A DNA stretch of 64,000 nt, taken from contig JAAILG010000048.1 of assembly GCA_012026655.1 (NCBI GenBank), forward strand, positions 1-64,000, written 5' to 3'. Source of the stretch: Hydrolagus affinis. Taxonomy: Eukaryota. The position numbers were made by a program, and so were the translations under genes. Of the stretch, positions 1 through 11,957 are shown piece by piece (positions within the stretch are counted from its first letter, which is position 1; each line of letters begins with the position of its first letter). The notes under the pieces were generated by a model. That model was not told where the DNA came from, ran no database searches, and saw nothing but the letters and a program-made list of their open reading frames with translations.

Positions 1-225
1 AGATTGTATTTGAGGACTGTGAATACAATATGACGGTTTTGCACCTCGGTCTGTGCATTGTGTATAGAGAGGAGCATTCTGGGTCTTGTAGTTCAGTGTG
101 CGCGCATTCCGATTTTTTACCTCGGACTTTTCGATATATCGATATTTTTGAAATGCCTATTTCGGTGTATCGATATGAAAATTATATCAGGTTTTAGCGA
201 TATATCGATATATCGCCGGACCGTA
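1..225. mobile_element. Terminus of a probable non-autonomous hAT-like DNA transposon (rest lies left of the window)
   Basis: CpG-rich segment with repeated CGATAT/ATATCG motifs (132-215) ending abruptly at ATATCGCCGGACCGTA (225). Minus strand reads TACGGTCCGGCGATATATCG, like the TAGGGCTGGGCGATAT-type TIRs of fish hAT elements. Partner TIR and TSD not visible. Confidence 0.5.
74..94 (-). promoter_or_regulatory. ZNF143/THAP11-type composite motif (ACTACAnnnCCCAGnATGC)
   Basis: Minus strand GAACTACAAGACCCAGAATGC versus consensus ACTACAATTCCCAGAATGC; motif match only. Confidence 0.45.
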
Positions 226-354
226 GTATTCAGTAGGTTTGGGGCTTGGAAAGTAGGTTTAGGTTTGGAATTATATGAGATATAAACAACTCCGGATGTT
301 TGTCATTTCAGATGAATATGTGCCTTTTATTATGATTTATAAGTTTTATTTCAA

Positions 355-910
355 TAATAATACTTGCATGTGATATATATCACCTTTCGTGTCACTGAGA
401 CATCTCAATGCACTTCACAGCTGTGTTTTTTGTAGGCACTTTGTAGCTGCCAATTTGCACACAACATTGTCCCAAAAACCGCCAAAGAGGAAATGATGAA
501 TCTTATCTGAAGGATTATTGGCCAGGACACCAGGAGAAACTCCCACCTCTTTCCAATTACGTGAAATATTTTATGTCCACCCACACAGGAAAACAGGATT
601 TCGTTTTTACGTCTCATCAGAAGTACGGTACTTCTAGCATTGCAAATTAGTATCAGCATAGGGTCGTAGAATCATAGAATCTTACGGCACAAAAAGGAAG
701 CCATTCGGCCCATTGAGTCTGTGCCAGCTCTTTGAAAAGAGCAATTAAATCGCACTCCCAGCTCTCTCCCCATAACCGCGCAATCCCGTCCTCCCCAAGT
801 AAACGTCTACATCTCTTTTAAAACTAGGATACTAGTTTAAATTCCCAATGTGGGCTTGAACCCACAATCTGCTGTCTTAAAAGCAAGAGTGCTACCAACT
901 AAACTAGGCT
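355..910 (-). mobile_element. Long Deu-domain tRNA SINE (SacSINE1/AmnSINE1-like), split by a CR1 insertion
   Basis: Deu core on plus strand TTGGCCAGGACACCAGGAGAAACTCC and GCTGCCAATTTGCACACA; L2-type tail near 360; tRNA-like head (GGGCTTGAACCCACA...AGTGCTACCAACT) resumes at 826-910. Confidence 0.8.
667..825 (-). mobile_element. CR1 LINE 3' end nested in the SINE
   Basis: TAGAATCATAGAATC terminal repeat and GCCATTCGGCCCAT; reverse complement matches the 3' end of the CR1 at about 16560-16714. Confidence 0.9.
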
Positions 911-2227
911 ATTCAGGATATCTTGTGTAGATATCATCTATTGTTTCAGTAAAATACATCACTTCTGTGACCAGTGCTGGGATGGTACTTTAATATCTGA
1001 TTCGTATGACAATTCATTGCTGGATAATAATTTAATGTTGTTAACATATTATTTAAAATATGAATTTGCTACAGAAATGTTGTAACTCATCCAGTTTTTC
1101 TGTGTCTTCGAAGAAAATAATGTTTTCAATGTTCTGTAATCTGCTCTTCAGATTGTGTTACAAGTAGCCCAAATATTTGCAACGGTATTGTTGTCTTTCC
1201 ATTCTGAGGGTTGGAAATAGCCGTTGAAAATAGGGAGCTCCAGTTTTTTAGTGAAGTGAAATGTAATGGCTGCATCTTGGCAGTTTACTAAGAATAACTT
1301 TGCAGCTACAGATGGCTCTGAAGGTGCCCGAACACCAGCTCTTCTGTAAACAGATAATGCCAGAAGTAGTGAAGCATACTGACAGGTGGTACTTTGCCAG
1401 GTCTGCAATCTGGCCTGTTTCCTCCCCTTAGCTTTGAACATGAGCTGCTTTCACTGAAGCTGCCTTCATGCTTTACTGTCAATACAACCACTGAGAGCCT
1501 TTCAAAAGGAAGCTGGCGTTGATAAGACTTAGAATTGGTTACACGAGTGGCATGTTATATAAGGAGACGCTTCTGGTCTCTGCAAAAACTAAGTAGAAGA
1601 CAAGAGAGATCTTTATGTCAGATACAAGTGCTGGGCTGTGTACTTGCATGCCCGTCTTTCAACTCAAGTCTTAACTAGACACCTGTACAGTGTAATTTTA
1701 AACTGTGTACAAAATTGACATGATATTCCATTGCACGGCTTGGCAGAAGATGGAAAACATATTTGCTGAAGCACCGCTGGGTGCAGAGATATGTCTAAAC
1801 TACAGAATGTGAGGACCTGAGGGCTCACTGGTTCAGACTTATCACCTGTTCTCAATGCTGTTAGATGTAGAATTATAAATTATTTCTCTCACAGAGGTTT
1901 CTTATTCTGATGTAATCAGGTAACACGGTTACATGGACTGCAAGGTTGGGTTATTGTACTCCAGAATTTGGCTATTTACACCTGATTACAGCTGACATTT
2001 TATTTGCCAAGATAATTAATACACGTTAAGTGAACTTTATTTCAGGACTCTAAATTTGAAAAACAATTATTAGAAGGCAATGGACTGAAATACTGCAATA
2101 CAGTATTTGGATTTTTGCATCAAGCATGACTTTTGATTTGCGAAAATTTTAAACTCATGGTCAGCAAAGCATTGGCAAAATCTGAAAAAAATATTTTGGG
2201 GGGAGGGGCTCTGCCAGGTATCTAACA

Positions 2228-2600
2228 AGGCCCTCCATGGCCTTGCTACTGCCCCTAGCTCTGCAAAATCCTAACTCCCTACCTATCTATTTACTCCCTC
2301 TGCTTAGTAGGCTCCAGCCTGCTTCACATCCCCCATCATTGGTGGGTGGGCCTTCAGCCACTCTGCCCCAACTCTTTGGAACCCCATCCCATTGTACCTC
2401 CACCCAGCCCATTTCCTGGCCTCCTTCAAGACCCGTATCAAGACCCTTTTCTTCAACTGTACCTTCAGTTGCCCTCTTTCCACACCTGCTCTCCACCATC
2501 CCTGATCCCTAGTCCAGCTCCGATCCAACACACTGATTGTCCAGTGCCTTAGTACACCCTCCTCAAAGGCACAATACAAATGTAATTTTGTTGTTCTTGT
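2228..2600 (+). mobile_element. L2 LINE 3' fragment, decayed
   Basis: Homologous to the 3' part of 7025-7798 (AAGGCCCTCCATGGCCTTG...CTTCAAGACC); tail AAATGTAATTTTGTTGTT. Confidence 0.85.
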
Positions 2601-3499
2601 AATTGTTGACATATCTGGAAACCCATCAATATATTGAAGCCAAACAGAATTCCATGCATGGCACCTATACATGGAAATTCTCATGTCCAGAATGTCCCAG
2701 AGAAACACACCTTATTTACCTAATTTGGTAGAGTGAAGACAGGTTGACATGAGTCAAGGCTTGGAGATCCCAGAGTGCATGTTAGGGTATTGCTGGAGTT
2801 TAATTTGCTAAAACCGCATTACATTCCCGTTGAATGAACTGACAAGCTTCCTGCTACTTGTCAAGCTAGGACCATAATAACCATTACAGAATTTGTTTTC
2901 AGAGTTAACGGGAGGTGCATAGATGATCTGCTTTCTCCAAGTTCTTCCAATGAGCCTTGCTGGCTAGACTATCATCAGCAGTGGCATGGAATAATGTTGA
3001 CCTGCCTAGGTCAGGAACTGGACTACTTAAACTTGACACAGAGGGTTGGCTTGATTTTTGACATTCTATTGCCAGGCACCTTACCTTATAGCCACTTCAG
3101 TTCCAAGGAAGATAATCAGAAGGTTTGAATACGTGGCTGGGGAGTACAACAGCAGCGAGAAACAAGCCTGCGATTTACTCACCTGTGCTTTACCAGCCAC
3201 AAATTTATAATAAGGTAGTCATAAACTAGACGCAATAAGTCTGATTAATTACACTGTAGTCAACAATGAAAGGGTTTAATTCCAAACCATTAATAGTTGC
3301 CCGCTTGCACAAGAAATTGTGACTTTATTTTCAAAAAATAAAGCACTTAGTTTGTTTGAGGTCCAATGTAGTCATTAACAGACAGATCCAATTAAACTGT
3401 GATGTAACTACTGGGCTGGAGCAGAAAAGGTCACTTCTGGCAAACATTAATGAGTGAATTGCTGAGCAGTCGTCATCACCGATTTACGATAATCTTATT

Positions 3500-3768
3500 T
3501 ACCAACATCTAATAGTTAGCAAACACAATTCTCATACGTGTTTCAGAGACAACATATATCTTATTAACGAGATGCATGAAAAATACTCAGTCTTGGGACA
3601 CCATTTTTGTCTTTAATATCCATCTGAACAGGCAGACGAGACTTTGGTTAAATGTCTCACCTAAAGGATAATGCAGTGCATTCCCCACACTGCACTAGAA
3701 TGCAAGACTTGAACCAATAACTTTCTGACAGCTACTTTGAGATTGCTACCAACAGAGGCAGTCTAACA
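3500..3768 (-). mobile_element. Long Deu SINE, partial and decayed
   Basis: CTTTAATATCCATCTGAACAGGCAGAC...TTGGTTAAATGTCTCA...CTTGAACC shared with other Deu copies. Confidence 0.6.
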
Positions 3769-3842
3769 CCTGGATTGTTGTTGATTTTTACAATGACATG
3801 CCAAACATTCTTGGAGTAAATGAAGCAGCTATAATAGTCCTG

Positions 3843-4226
3843 GCATTGGTATAACATCTTTCACGTCAGCAGGATGTCCCAAAGCACTTCACAGTATTTA
3901 CTGGAAAGTGATTACAGTATTTTGTGGGAAACTTAGCAGCCAATTTGTGCAAAGCAATGTCTCATAACAACAAACAAATGAATGACCAATGGCCAGAGCA
4001 CAGGGAGAAACTTCCTTCTATTTTCGAAAAGCTCCATTGGGTTCTTTAGCATCCGTTTAAACAAGCAGATGGGACCTTGGTTTAACATTTCATCTGAAGG
4101 AGAGCACCTCCAACACTACAACTCACCCCCAGCACTGCATTGAAGTATCAGCCTGAACTATATGATTACAATCCAAACCTGAAGCTTGAACTCACAACCT
4201 TATGACATGGAGGTGAGTGTTACCTA
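3843..4226 (-). mobile_element. Long Deu SINE, near full length
   Basis: L2-like tail (GGATGTCCCAAAGCACTTCACA), Deu core (GCAGCCAATTTGTGC, TGGCCAGAGCACAGGGAGAAAC) and head (CTTGAACTCACAACC). Confidence 0.8.
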
Positions 4227-4637
4227 CTCAATGGATGTCCAGTCCAGATGTGCTCAGACCATCCCAGAAAACTATTAGTAACAATATGGGCATCAATTGG
4301 ACTGGAGGAATGCAAAACCAAAACAGAGATATTGGAAGGTAATGAGAGACCTGTGTGTTTGCTAAGCTAAGATGCCTTGCTATATTTTTATCCTTATTTA
4401 GTGTGCAGAGAGTTCTGTGACTGGACCCAAAGAGCAGGGAGATCAAGTCAATGTTATGAGATACTTGGCACATATTTCCAATGAAGTGTCAATGGTGCAA
4501 TGGAACTCATAACACGGCATCATATTTACATGTATTGAAGTCTCATTCTGATGTGTAGACATGAGTTTGGCAATTCAAATAGCCATTCTATCTGATTACT
4601 TCACCAACCCAGTTCTAAAGCAATTTACAAAATCTAT

Positions 4638-4940
4638 CATAATAATCATAATCCTTGCATTTGATAGAGTGTGTTTCACATCCTCTAGACATCTCAAAGC
4701 ATTTCACAGAATATATTATAAAGTGAATTGACTCTATATTTGTGGGCAAAAGCCAATTGCTTACAGCATGTCCCACAAACAGTTGTGGATTGAAATGACC
4801 AATTCATTATTTTTTGAGGGATTATCATCATATTATCAGGCGTGTGGAGTAAGGAAACTTGTTCACGATTTCGCTCTGCTGGGAATTGGATCCAGGTCTC
4901 TCCCTTGCAATGCGAGTACTCTGACCACTGAGCTGCAGGA
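4638..4940 (-). mobile_element. Short tRNA-Deu-L2 SINE (SINE2-1_CM-like), near full length
   Basis: (ATA)n-TCCTTGCATTTGATA tail; reverse complement aligns along its length with 62404-62740. Confidence 0.9.
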
Positions 4941-4948
4941 GATGACTT

Positions 4949-5539
4949 CAACAACAACAAAATTGCACTTATATAGCATCTTTCACATCGGGAGGACGTC
5001 CCAAAGCACTAAACAGTCAGGTCGGGACCCAAGTGGGGTGGGGGGTAGGATTGGGTAGTGGGAAGGGGAAGGAGAGTGGGAGAGGGGGAAGAGTTAGTGG
5101 GGCAGCCAAAGGTGCGGTCGAAGAGGAAGGTCTTGAGACCAGCCTTGAAGGAGGAAAGGGAGGAAGCGAGGTGGAGGGGCTGCAGGATGAAGTTCCACAG
5201 TGTGGGAGCAGAGAGGCTGAAAGCCCGGGCCAATGATTGGGCGGTTAGGGCGGTGGACGCGGAGCAGGCCTGAGTCTGCTGATGGGAGATGACGGGCAGG
5301 CTGATAGGGAGACTGTAGATCAGAGAGATAGGTGGGGGCAAGGCGTGAATGGCCTTGAAAGTGAGGACAAAGATCTTGAATTTGATCCTCTGGGTGACGG
5401 GGAGCCAGTGGAGACAGGCGAGGGTGGGAGTGATGTGGTCGCGAAGCCTGGTACAGGAGAGTACACGAGCTGCAGAATTCTGAATGATCTGCAGCCTGTG
5501 AAGGGAGGAGCTGGGAAGGCCGACGAGGAGAGAGTTCCC
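4949..5539 (-). mobile_element. L2 LINE 3' fragment
   Basis: (CAA)n tail; minus-strand ORF contains RAFSLSAPTLWN...SFKAGLKTFLFDR, the L2 ORF2 C-terminus. Confidence 0.92.
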
Positions 5540-5717
5540 TTCATTATTTCAGCCAACAAAAGGACTGAGATTAAAGACAAGAAAAAGTGGTGAATGTTAA
5601 ACTTGAGAGATATGAAGAGATTGTGTTTTTGAAGAATTCAGACATGATCTTAATAACAAGTATATAGTTGAACAAACTTTAGTGCATCAAACATTGCAAT
5701 ATGAGAGATTGTTTGAT

Positions 5718-5962
5718 GATAATAATAATCCTTGCATTTGATGTAGTGCTTTTCATTTCTTGTAGACGTCTGAAAGCGCTTCAAAGAAATTACTGTAAAG
5801 TAAATTGACTGTACATTTGTGGGCGAAATGCGGCAGTCAATTGCGCACAGCACTGTCCCACAAACTATCGTTGATTGAAATGACCAATTTATTGTGTGTT
5901 TTTTTCTTGAATGATTATTATCAGATGTGGAGTAAGAAAACTTGCCTAAGGTTGCGCCCTGA
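5718..5962 (-). mobile_element. Short tRNA-Deu-L2 SINE, 5'-truncated
   Basis: ATAATAATAATCCTTGCATTTG tail through AACTTGCCTAAGGTTGCGCCCTG. Confidence 0.9.
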
Positions 5963-6702
5963 TGGTTTTGTTCTGAAATAGATTTCATCCAAATCATATA
6001 ATTAAAAGATTTGTATTGCTCAACTTTTATTATTCTGCCCCCTCTAATATCCATATATACTCTACATCTTGGTTGGTAATGATGCTGGTGGGTTTTGTCC
6101 ATAAGTCTCTCAAGAAACACTTTTACCCAGTGTTGTTTTGGTTTTTCCTCCCCATTCCCCACACAAATATAAAGTGTGTATTGAATATCTTTGTTGATTC
6201 AGGAAAGACTCAGGCCCAATTAGAAAACCAAACTTAAAGTTGCTGAGTTCTGACTTGACTCTGAAATTGTAGGACTTGACCTACATTTAGTTATTCTTTT
6301 CATATGTTGCCCTTTCTCCAAGACTTTTGACAATGACAAGTTCTCAAGGTGATGCAGCCTAATAATATTGGTCCTGTCTATTGGCTACAACTTTACTTTT
6401 GCATCTCCATCTCATTGCTTCTTAGGATATTGTATCTATACATTTATTAACGGTGCATTGGTCTATCTGTGTGCTGCTTCCCTACATAATGGTATAGTTC
6501 CGTTGATTTTAATATACTTTAGCTCCATTACTATGAACATTCAAAATAAGAGCTATAATTTCTCAAGGCACTAAAATAAGCATTTGCATCTTCTGCTTGA
6601 AACACAATTTCTTCAGATTGCAGATAAAGGACCTTATCCAATTAACAAGTTGTGAGTTTCAAAGCTTCACCAAACCATTCATGAATATAATATACAGAGG
6701 TC

Positions 6703-6779
6703 AACAACAACAAAATTACATTTGTATAGCGTCTTTCACATTGGGAGGACGTCCCAAGGCGCTGGACAGTCAGTGTTTC
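6703..6779 (-). mobile_element. L2 3' tail
   Basis: CAACAACAACAAAATTACATTT...GGACGTCCCAAGGCGCTGGACAG. Confidence 0.85.
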
Positions 6780-7024
6780 AATAAACTGTAAAATAGTCAA
6801 TAAAAACTGATCCTAATCAAATTGAATGGTAATACCCGTGCAACATATGTGTGAAGAATTGAAGGTCGGCTATTTGATTAAAAATTGCATGTTGTCGTAA
6901 GGCTTTGGAATCAGAAATGACAACAGCACACAATCCCAGCAATGTGAGACTCAACAGCTTCACAGTGCTATCTGCTCTATTCAGAATAGGAAAAGGACCG
7001 GCATTCTGTCGATTGAACCATTAG

Positions 7025-7798
7025 CAACAACAACAACAAATTGCACTTATAGAGCGCCTTTAACGTAGGGAGAACGTCCCAAGGCGCTGCACAGGAGGCG
7101 TGTGACCCGAGCTGGGAGGGGAGTGTTCGGGAGGGGCTAAGAAACGTAGAGGAGGTCGAAAAATTAGGGGGGGAACAGAAGGCACGGTCGAAAAGGAAAG
7201 TCTTCAAACCAGCCTTGAAAGAGGAAAGGGAGGAAACAAGGCGGAGGGATTGGGGGATGGAGTTCCAAAGGGTGGGAGCGGAAAAACTGAAGGCCCGGCC
7301 TCCGATGGTGGGGCGGTTCGGGCGGGGGGCTTGGAGCAAGCCAAGTCCTGCTGAACGGAGGGTCCGGGTTGGCTTGTAGGGGGAGAGTAGGTCGGAAAGA
7401 TAGGGCGGGGCAAGGCCGTGTAAGGCCTTGAAGGTGAGGATGAGGATCTTGAACTCGATCCTTTGGGGGATGGGGAGCCAATGGAGACGGGCGAGGGTGG
7501 GGGTTATGTGGTCGCGGAGGTGGGTGCAGGATAATACACGGGCTGCAGAGTTTTGTATGATCTGCAGCCTGTGAATGGAGGAGCTGGGAAGGCCAACAAG
7601 GAGAGAGTTCCCATAGTCCAGCTGTGAGGTGATATATGCGTGCACGAGTGTTTCGGCAGCGTGGGGAGTGAGATAGTTGCGGAGCCTGGCAATGTTGCGC
7701 AGGTGGAAATAGGAGGTGCCGGTCAAGGTGCGGATGTGGGGGAGGAAGGAGAGTTTGGGGTTGAACGTGATGCCGAGGTTCCTGACTGGCTTTGTGAG
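7025..7798 (-). mobile_element. L2 LINE, 5'-truncated, with an open ORF2 C-terminal frame (best-preserved L2 copy)
   Basis: ORF 6977-7837(-): VRNLGITFNPKLSF, FHLRNIARLR, LDYGNSLL, LQIIQNSAAR, DHITPTLARLHWLP, LKTFLFDRAF are typical L2 ORF2 motifs; (TTG)n tail. Confidence 0.96.
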
Positions 7799-8079
7799 GA
7801 AAAAAAAACATTTTTGTAGATCACAGAAAATCTTCAAATCTCGTTTCCACCTTCGCTACCTTATTCAGAGCTGTTTGTTATAAATGATGAGGATTTGGCA
7901 GAGCTGAGAGGACATTTTTAGACTTCTCTTTCTCTCAACGATAGTGGTGGTTAATGGTTCAGTGAACAAAATTAATTCAGCAAGGAAGGTAGGCTGAAAG
8001 TACATATCTAACAGCCAATGGTCATTCTGCAACATAAATTATTGAAGAAACCCATTAGAATTCTAGTCCATCTCTTCTT

Positions 8080-8333
8080 CACATCCTCCAGTTTCCTCTT
8101 CGCTCCACCATCAGGTGCTATGCTTTGAGCCGCTATGCCCAGAATCTAGGGAACTTTCCTCAATCCTCCATTTTTCTCCTTCTTACCCTATCTTGAAATC
8201 ACACCTGAAGATTTTCCTCTTCAACTGTGCCTTCAGGCACCTTCCGTGACTTTCCATCTATATGTCAAATCACACAGCTGTTAAGTGCTCCACGATGCTA
8301 CCTGTGTAAAGCGGACTATGTAAGTTGTTGTTG
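8080..8333 (+). mobile_element. Decayed L2 3' fragment
   Basis: CTCCACCATCAGG...CTCTTCAACTGTGCCTT...TAAGTTGTTGTTG. Confidence 0.7.
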
Positions 8334-8992
8334 AATCTCTTTCTCCTATCCCGAACAGGGTTTTCCCATAGTTCAATGTGGCATACCTTTGGTTACTAAA
8401 AAAACAACTCTATTTACACAACTTTTGTTTCTTATTAAAGAATCCCATTAAGCCATAATCATACATAGGACTTTAGTGCATCACTAAATGATCAAAACAA
8501 CTTAGAATTTTCAGGATCCACAAGATCTTCAGTAACAGGCTAAGTTATTAAATGTGCTTAATAATATTTCTATCTGGGGGATCTGAACCATCACCAGCAG
8601 AGATTTTGAGTAAAATCCATTCATTCTTAGGGAGAACAAGAAACAAAGAAAGTTGATGGTGTAGTTTGTCAGGATATCTTCTGATATTCCCTCAGGATAA
8701 GAGAAAGTAATTTTGTTTTACTTCAAATGATCTGCTGAGGAAATTATCTAAAAATAGAAGATTCATTTCAGGAATTTACAATCACACAAAGTCATTCTAT
8801 GTGTTGCATCACCTATATTCTATTGAATAAGATTATTTACATACAAATATGGTAAATATTTTTCATTTACCAAAGATATGTATAATTTTCCAAGCAATCT
8901 TTTTGTAGGGTATGAAGTCATGTAGGGGAAAATAGAAACCGATTTGCTATTGGTAGAAATTAATGGGATTGCGGATTAAGGAATTAAGGAAA

Positions 8993-9035
8993 ATATATAT
9001 TCTCTCTATAGCTTAACAATAGAGAGAATATATAT
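8993..9035. repeat. Perfect 17-bp inverted repeat with a 9-nt loop
   Basis: ATATATATTCTCTCTAT (8993-9009) / ATAGAGAGAATATATAT (9019-9035). Confidence 0.9.
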
Positions 9036-9329
9036 ACTATTTGTCTGAGAATTGTACCTACCCCCAAAATGTGCTTTTTTGCTTACATTGGCAGCTTATA
9101 TCAATGTGAAATGCAAGACAAGTGAATACCTAGATAACATTTTTGTTCTGAAATGTCAGCTTCCATATCACATCAAATATTCAGCTCATGAGAAACTTGG
9201 ATCACACACAATTATGATCTATACTTAAAAGAAACATGGAAGAAACAAAGCGGTATGAAACTGATAATTCCTAAAGTCATTGCATCTGAATTTTCAAGAA
9301 AGAATACGCATTAATTCCGACTATTCCGA

Positions 9330-9378
9330 CTATATATATATATAAAAAATATTGGTATCTATATATATATATATATAT
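9330..9378. repeat. Two (TA)n microsatellites
   Basis: Directly visible TA runs. Confidence 0.9.
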
Positions 9379-10559
9379 AAAAGCCTTAGGTATGTTTCCG
9401 CAATTGTAACAATGAATTTCTAAAAGGAAAACAAAAACTAATACAGCTTAAAAGAACAATAACAACAAAAAAACAACCCAGTGATTAAAGCTCACCCTTT
9501 TTTTTGTAAACAACAAATACATTATTTAATTTTAAAAAAAAATCTCTGAATAAACACTGTTCAAAAACACTAGGCTGTGTATGTTATACGAGGGTATAGC
9601 TAGTTATTTATATAGTGCTTGTTATTAGGAAACTTAGAATTGGGCACTTCAAAGAGTTTTGATCAGAGATAAAAGTTTATTTTGTGCATTCAGCGGGGAT
9701 TTGATTTTCTGCCACAATTGTTCTGATTAATCCACCTTCAGAGTAATAGTCATCAGCTAGAATATAAATGGGATTAATCAGAATTTCATTCTCACAGAGA
9801 GAGTAAACTGATATTTGTAACAGCCCTTATTCGACTATGATTGTAACATAATCCATCATTTAATTAAGCTTTTTCTTAATGAAAGTGTACTTCAAAAGAC
9901 AATTTGAACTATTGTCAGATAGTACAGTTCTGTTGCCAATGCAGAGGAAACGGTATTTGGCATTTTCTTGCTTGACAACCAACATCAAAGGGTATTCAAT
10001 AAAAATAGTACATTTCTTTGATAAATCAGAGTGTTCATTTCCTATGGCTGTATGAATGTGTGTTGTTTCATGTCCACAGCATAAAGGGCAGATGAATTTT
10101 CCCCCAAACGTGTCTATCAGGATAACACAAAGTGAGTCTTTTGCTAGCTTTTTGCTAAAATTGTAGGTCAGTATCATCAGCAGATTTGTGGGCCTAATAC
10201 CTTCATAGCTATGGTTTACTTGTCTTGATTTAATAATTGAGAATCAATTGTTCCTGAAAATAGAGACATGTGTCTGATTCATAAGAAATGTTCACTTTAT
10301 TTTCTCAAATGAATATTTGCAACTATAATCGGATTTATAAATCAAAGTTAGAATTAGACAATAGCTCTGTCTACATTGCTTTTCCTGTTTTTCAAAATTC
10401 CTTGCATATGTTTGAGTTTTCATAATCTATAAAACCCATTGATGTTTAATTGCCCAGCAACACATCTGGAAAACTGTTAATCGATTGATCATGAATGGTT
10501 ATTGTTATCTGAATACAGAAGACGAGAGTCTTGGCTCACCCACTCCTAGTCTCGGTGTG

Positions 10560-10784
10560 CACGTTTTGGCTGCCACCCCTGACCTGAGCTGCCATACCCC
10601 CAAAATGCCCTCATCCCTAACCCTAAACTCCACACTAGGTTCCTTCCAGCACCTATCAACCCCCAGCCCAGCCCACTACCCTCCATTCCTCTTGATTCCA
10701 AACCCCAGCTTGGGTGCACTCTTAACCTAACCTTGGGACTTCCTTCCCATGTGAAAGGAGCTATATAAATGTAATTTATTGTTG
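10560..10784 (+). mobile_element. L2 3' UTR/tail, decayed
   Basis: C-rich tract followed by CCTTGGGACTTCC...GTGAAAGGAGCTATATAAATGTAATTT. Confidence 0.6.
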
Positions 10785-11244
10785 GTTTCTCTGTTTCTTC
10801 TAGACACTAACTAACACTGTGCTGTGGTTCTCTAAAAGTCTCAATTTGAGCTGTGTGTTGATAGCAGTTGCCAATTATATTTGGTTACCTTAGTGTTGTG
10901 GTTCTACAGGTGCTGAGTATCCTTTGGCACCTCACCCATTTAACCGTTTTTCAAATGGAAACCCAGACATTGGGAACCATCAGCCTATCTTCAGTTATTG
11001 ATTTGAAAAATATTTAGCCCTTGGTTCTTTGTCTGAAACTAAACAATAGTTACTTCATTTTGTGCCTGTAATCCTGGGTGGGGGGACCTTGATCCAGAGT
11101 GTGTGGTCATGCTATGTTAGTCTATATCAAGGTGCCCCCGGGGTGCAACAAAATAGGATGCTTTTCAATTATGAACTGTACTCATGTTGTTCTTAGATGT
11201 TTGACCTTTCCTGAGGAATCTGATGAAAGTGCCATTACCTGCTC

Positions 11245-11861
11245 TGCCTTTCCCCACCTCGTCAACGTTGCCTGGCTCTGCCACTATCTCTCACCTAGGC
11301 CTCCAGAATCCTTATCCACACATTTATCACATCCAGGCTCAACTAGTAAACTCTTTGCTTGTCAGCCTCCCCAACTCCTTCCTCCACAGGCTGCAGATCA
11401 TCCAGAACTCTGCAGCCCATGTCCTCTCCCACACCAGGCTCTGTAACACTATCAACCCCATCTACTGGCTCCTCATCACTCAGAGGATACGATAAGATCC
11501 TTGCCTTCACCTCCTACCTCAGTGACATCCTAACCTGTCTGCTTCGTCCACTCAGTGGGCTCCGGCCTGCTTCATGTCCGCTGCCTTGCCCATTGGCGAG
11601 TGGGTCTTCAGCCTATTTGCCCCCACCCTCTGGAACCCCATCCCACAGTCCCTCTGCCTCACCCCCTCTCTTGCCCCTTCCAACCAGCGACTCAAGACTT
11701 TCTTATTTGACTGTGCCTTTGGTAACCCAATTACACCAACCCTGCCCACCCTTCACTCCGCCTGATCCCAACCACCAGCTCACGTGTGAATTTCTGACTG
11801 TCCAGCACCCTGGGATGTCCTCCTGGTGTGAAAGGCGGTGTACAAATGTAATTTGTTGTTG
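11245..11861 (+). mobile_element. L2 LINE 3' fragment, frameshifted
   Basis: Peptide pieces NSLLVSLPNSFLHRLQIIQNSAAHVL and FAPTLWNPIP...LKTFLFDCAF; TTGTTGTTG tail. Confidence 0.9.
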
Positions 11862-11879
11862 ATGACTTGCCATAACTAT

Positions 11880-11957
11880 GGGCAAGTGGAACTAATTGGA
11901 TAAACTCTTTCAAAGAGCCAGCACAGCACAAAGGGTGGGTTTTTATGATTCTATGAT
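11880..11957 (+). mobile_element. CR1 3' tail
   Basis: CTCTTTCAAAGAGCCAGCACAG...TATGATTCTATGA. Confidence 0.7.

Noticed and set aside
1148-1491. Overlapping ORFs and a plus-strand acceptor at about 1151
   Set aside because: No recognisable protein; plus-strand frames stop early; may be non-coding conserved DNA, but this is unsupported.
5650-6162. 170-aa ORF
   Set aside because: Its C-terminal half is translated SINE sequence (the recurrent NWSFQST..CGT peptide).
6977-7837. 286-aa ORF as a host gene
   Set aside because: It is the L2 ORF2 C-terminus of a truncated insertion, with start and stop in flanking DNA.
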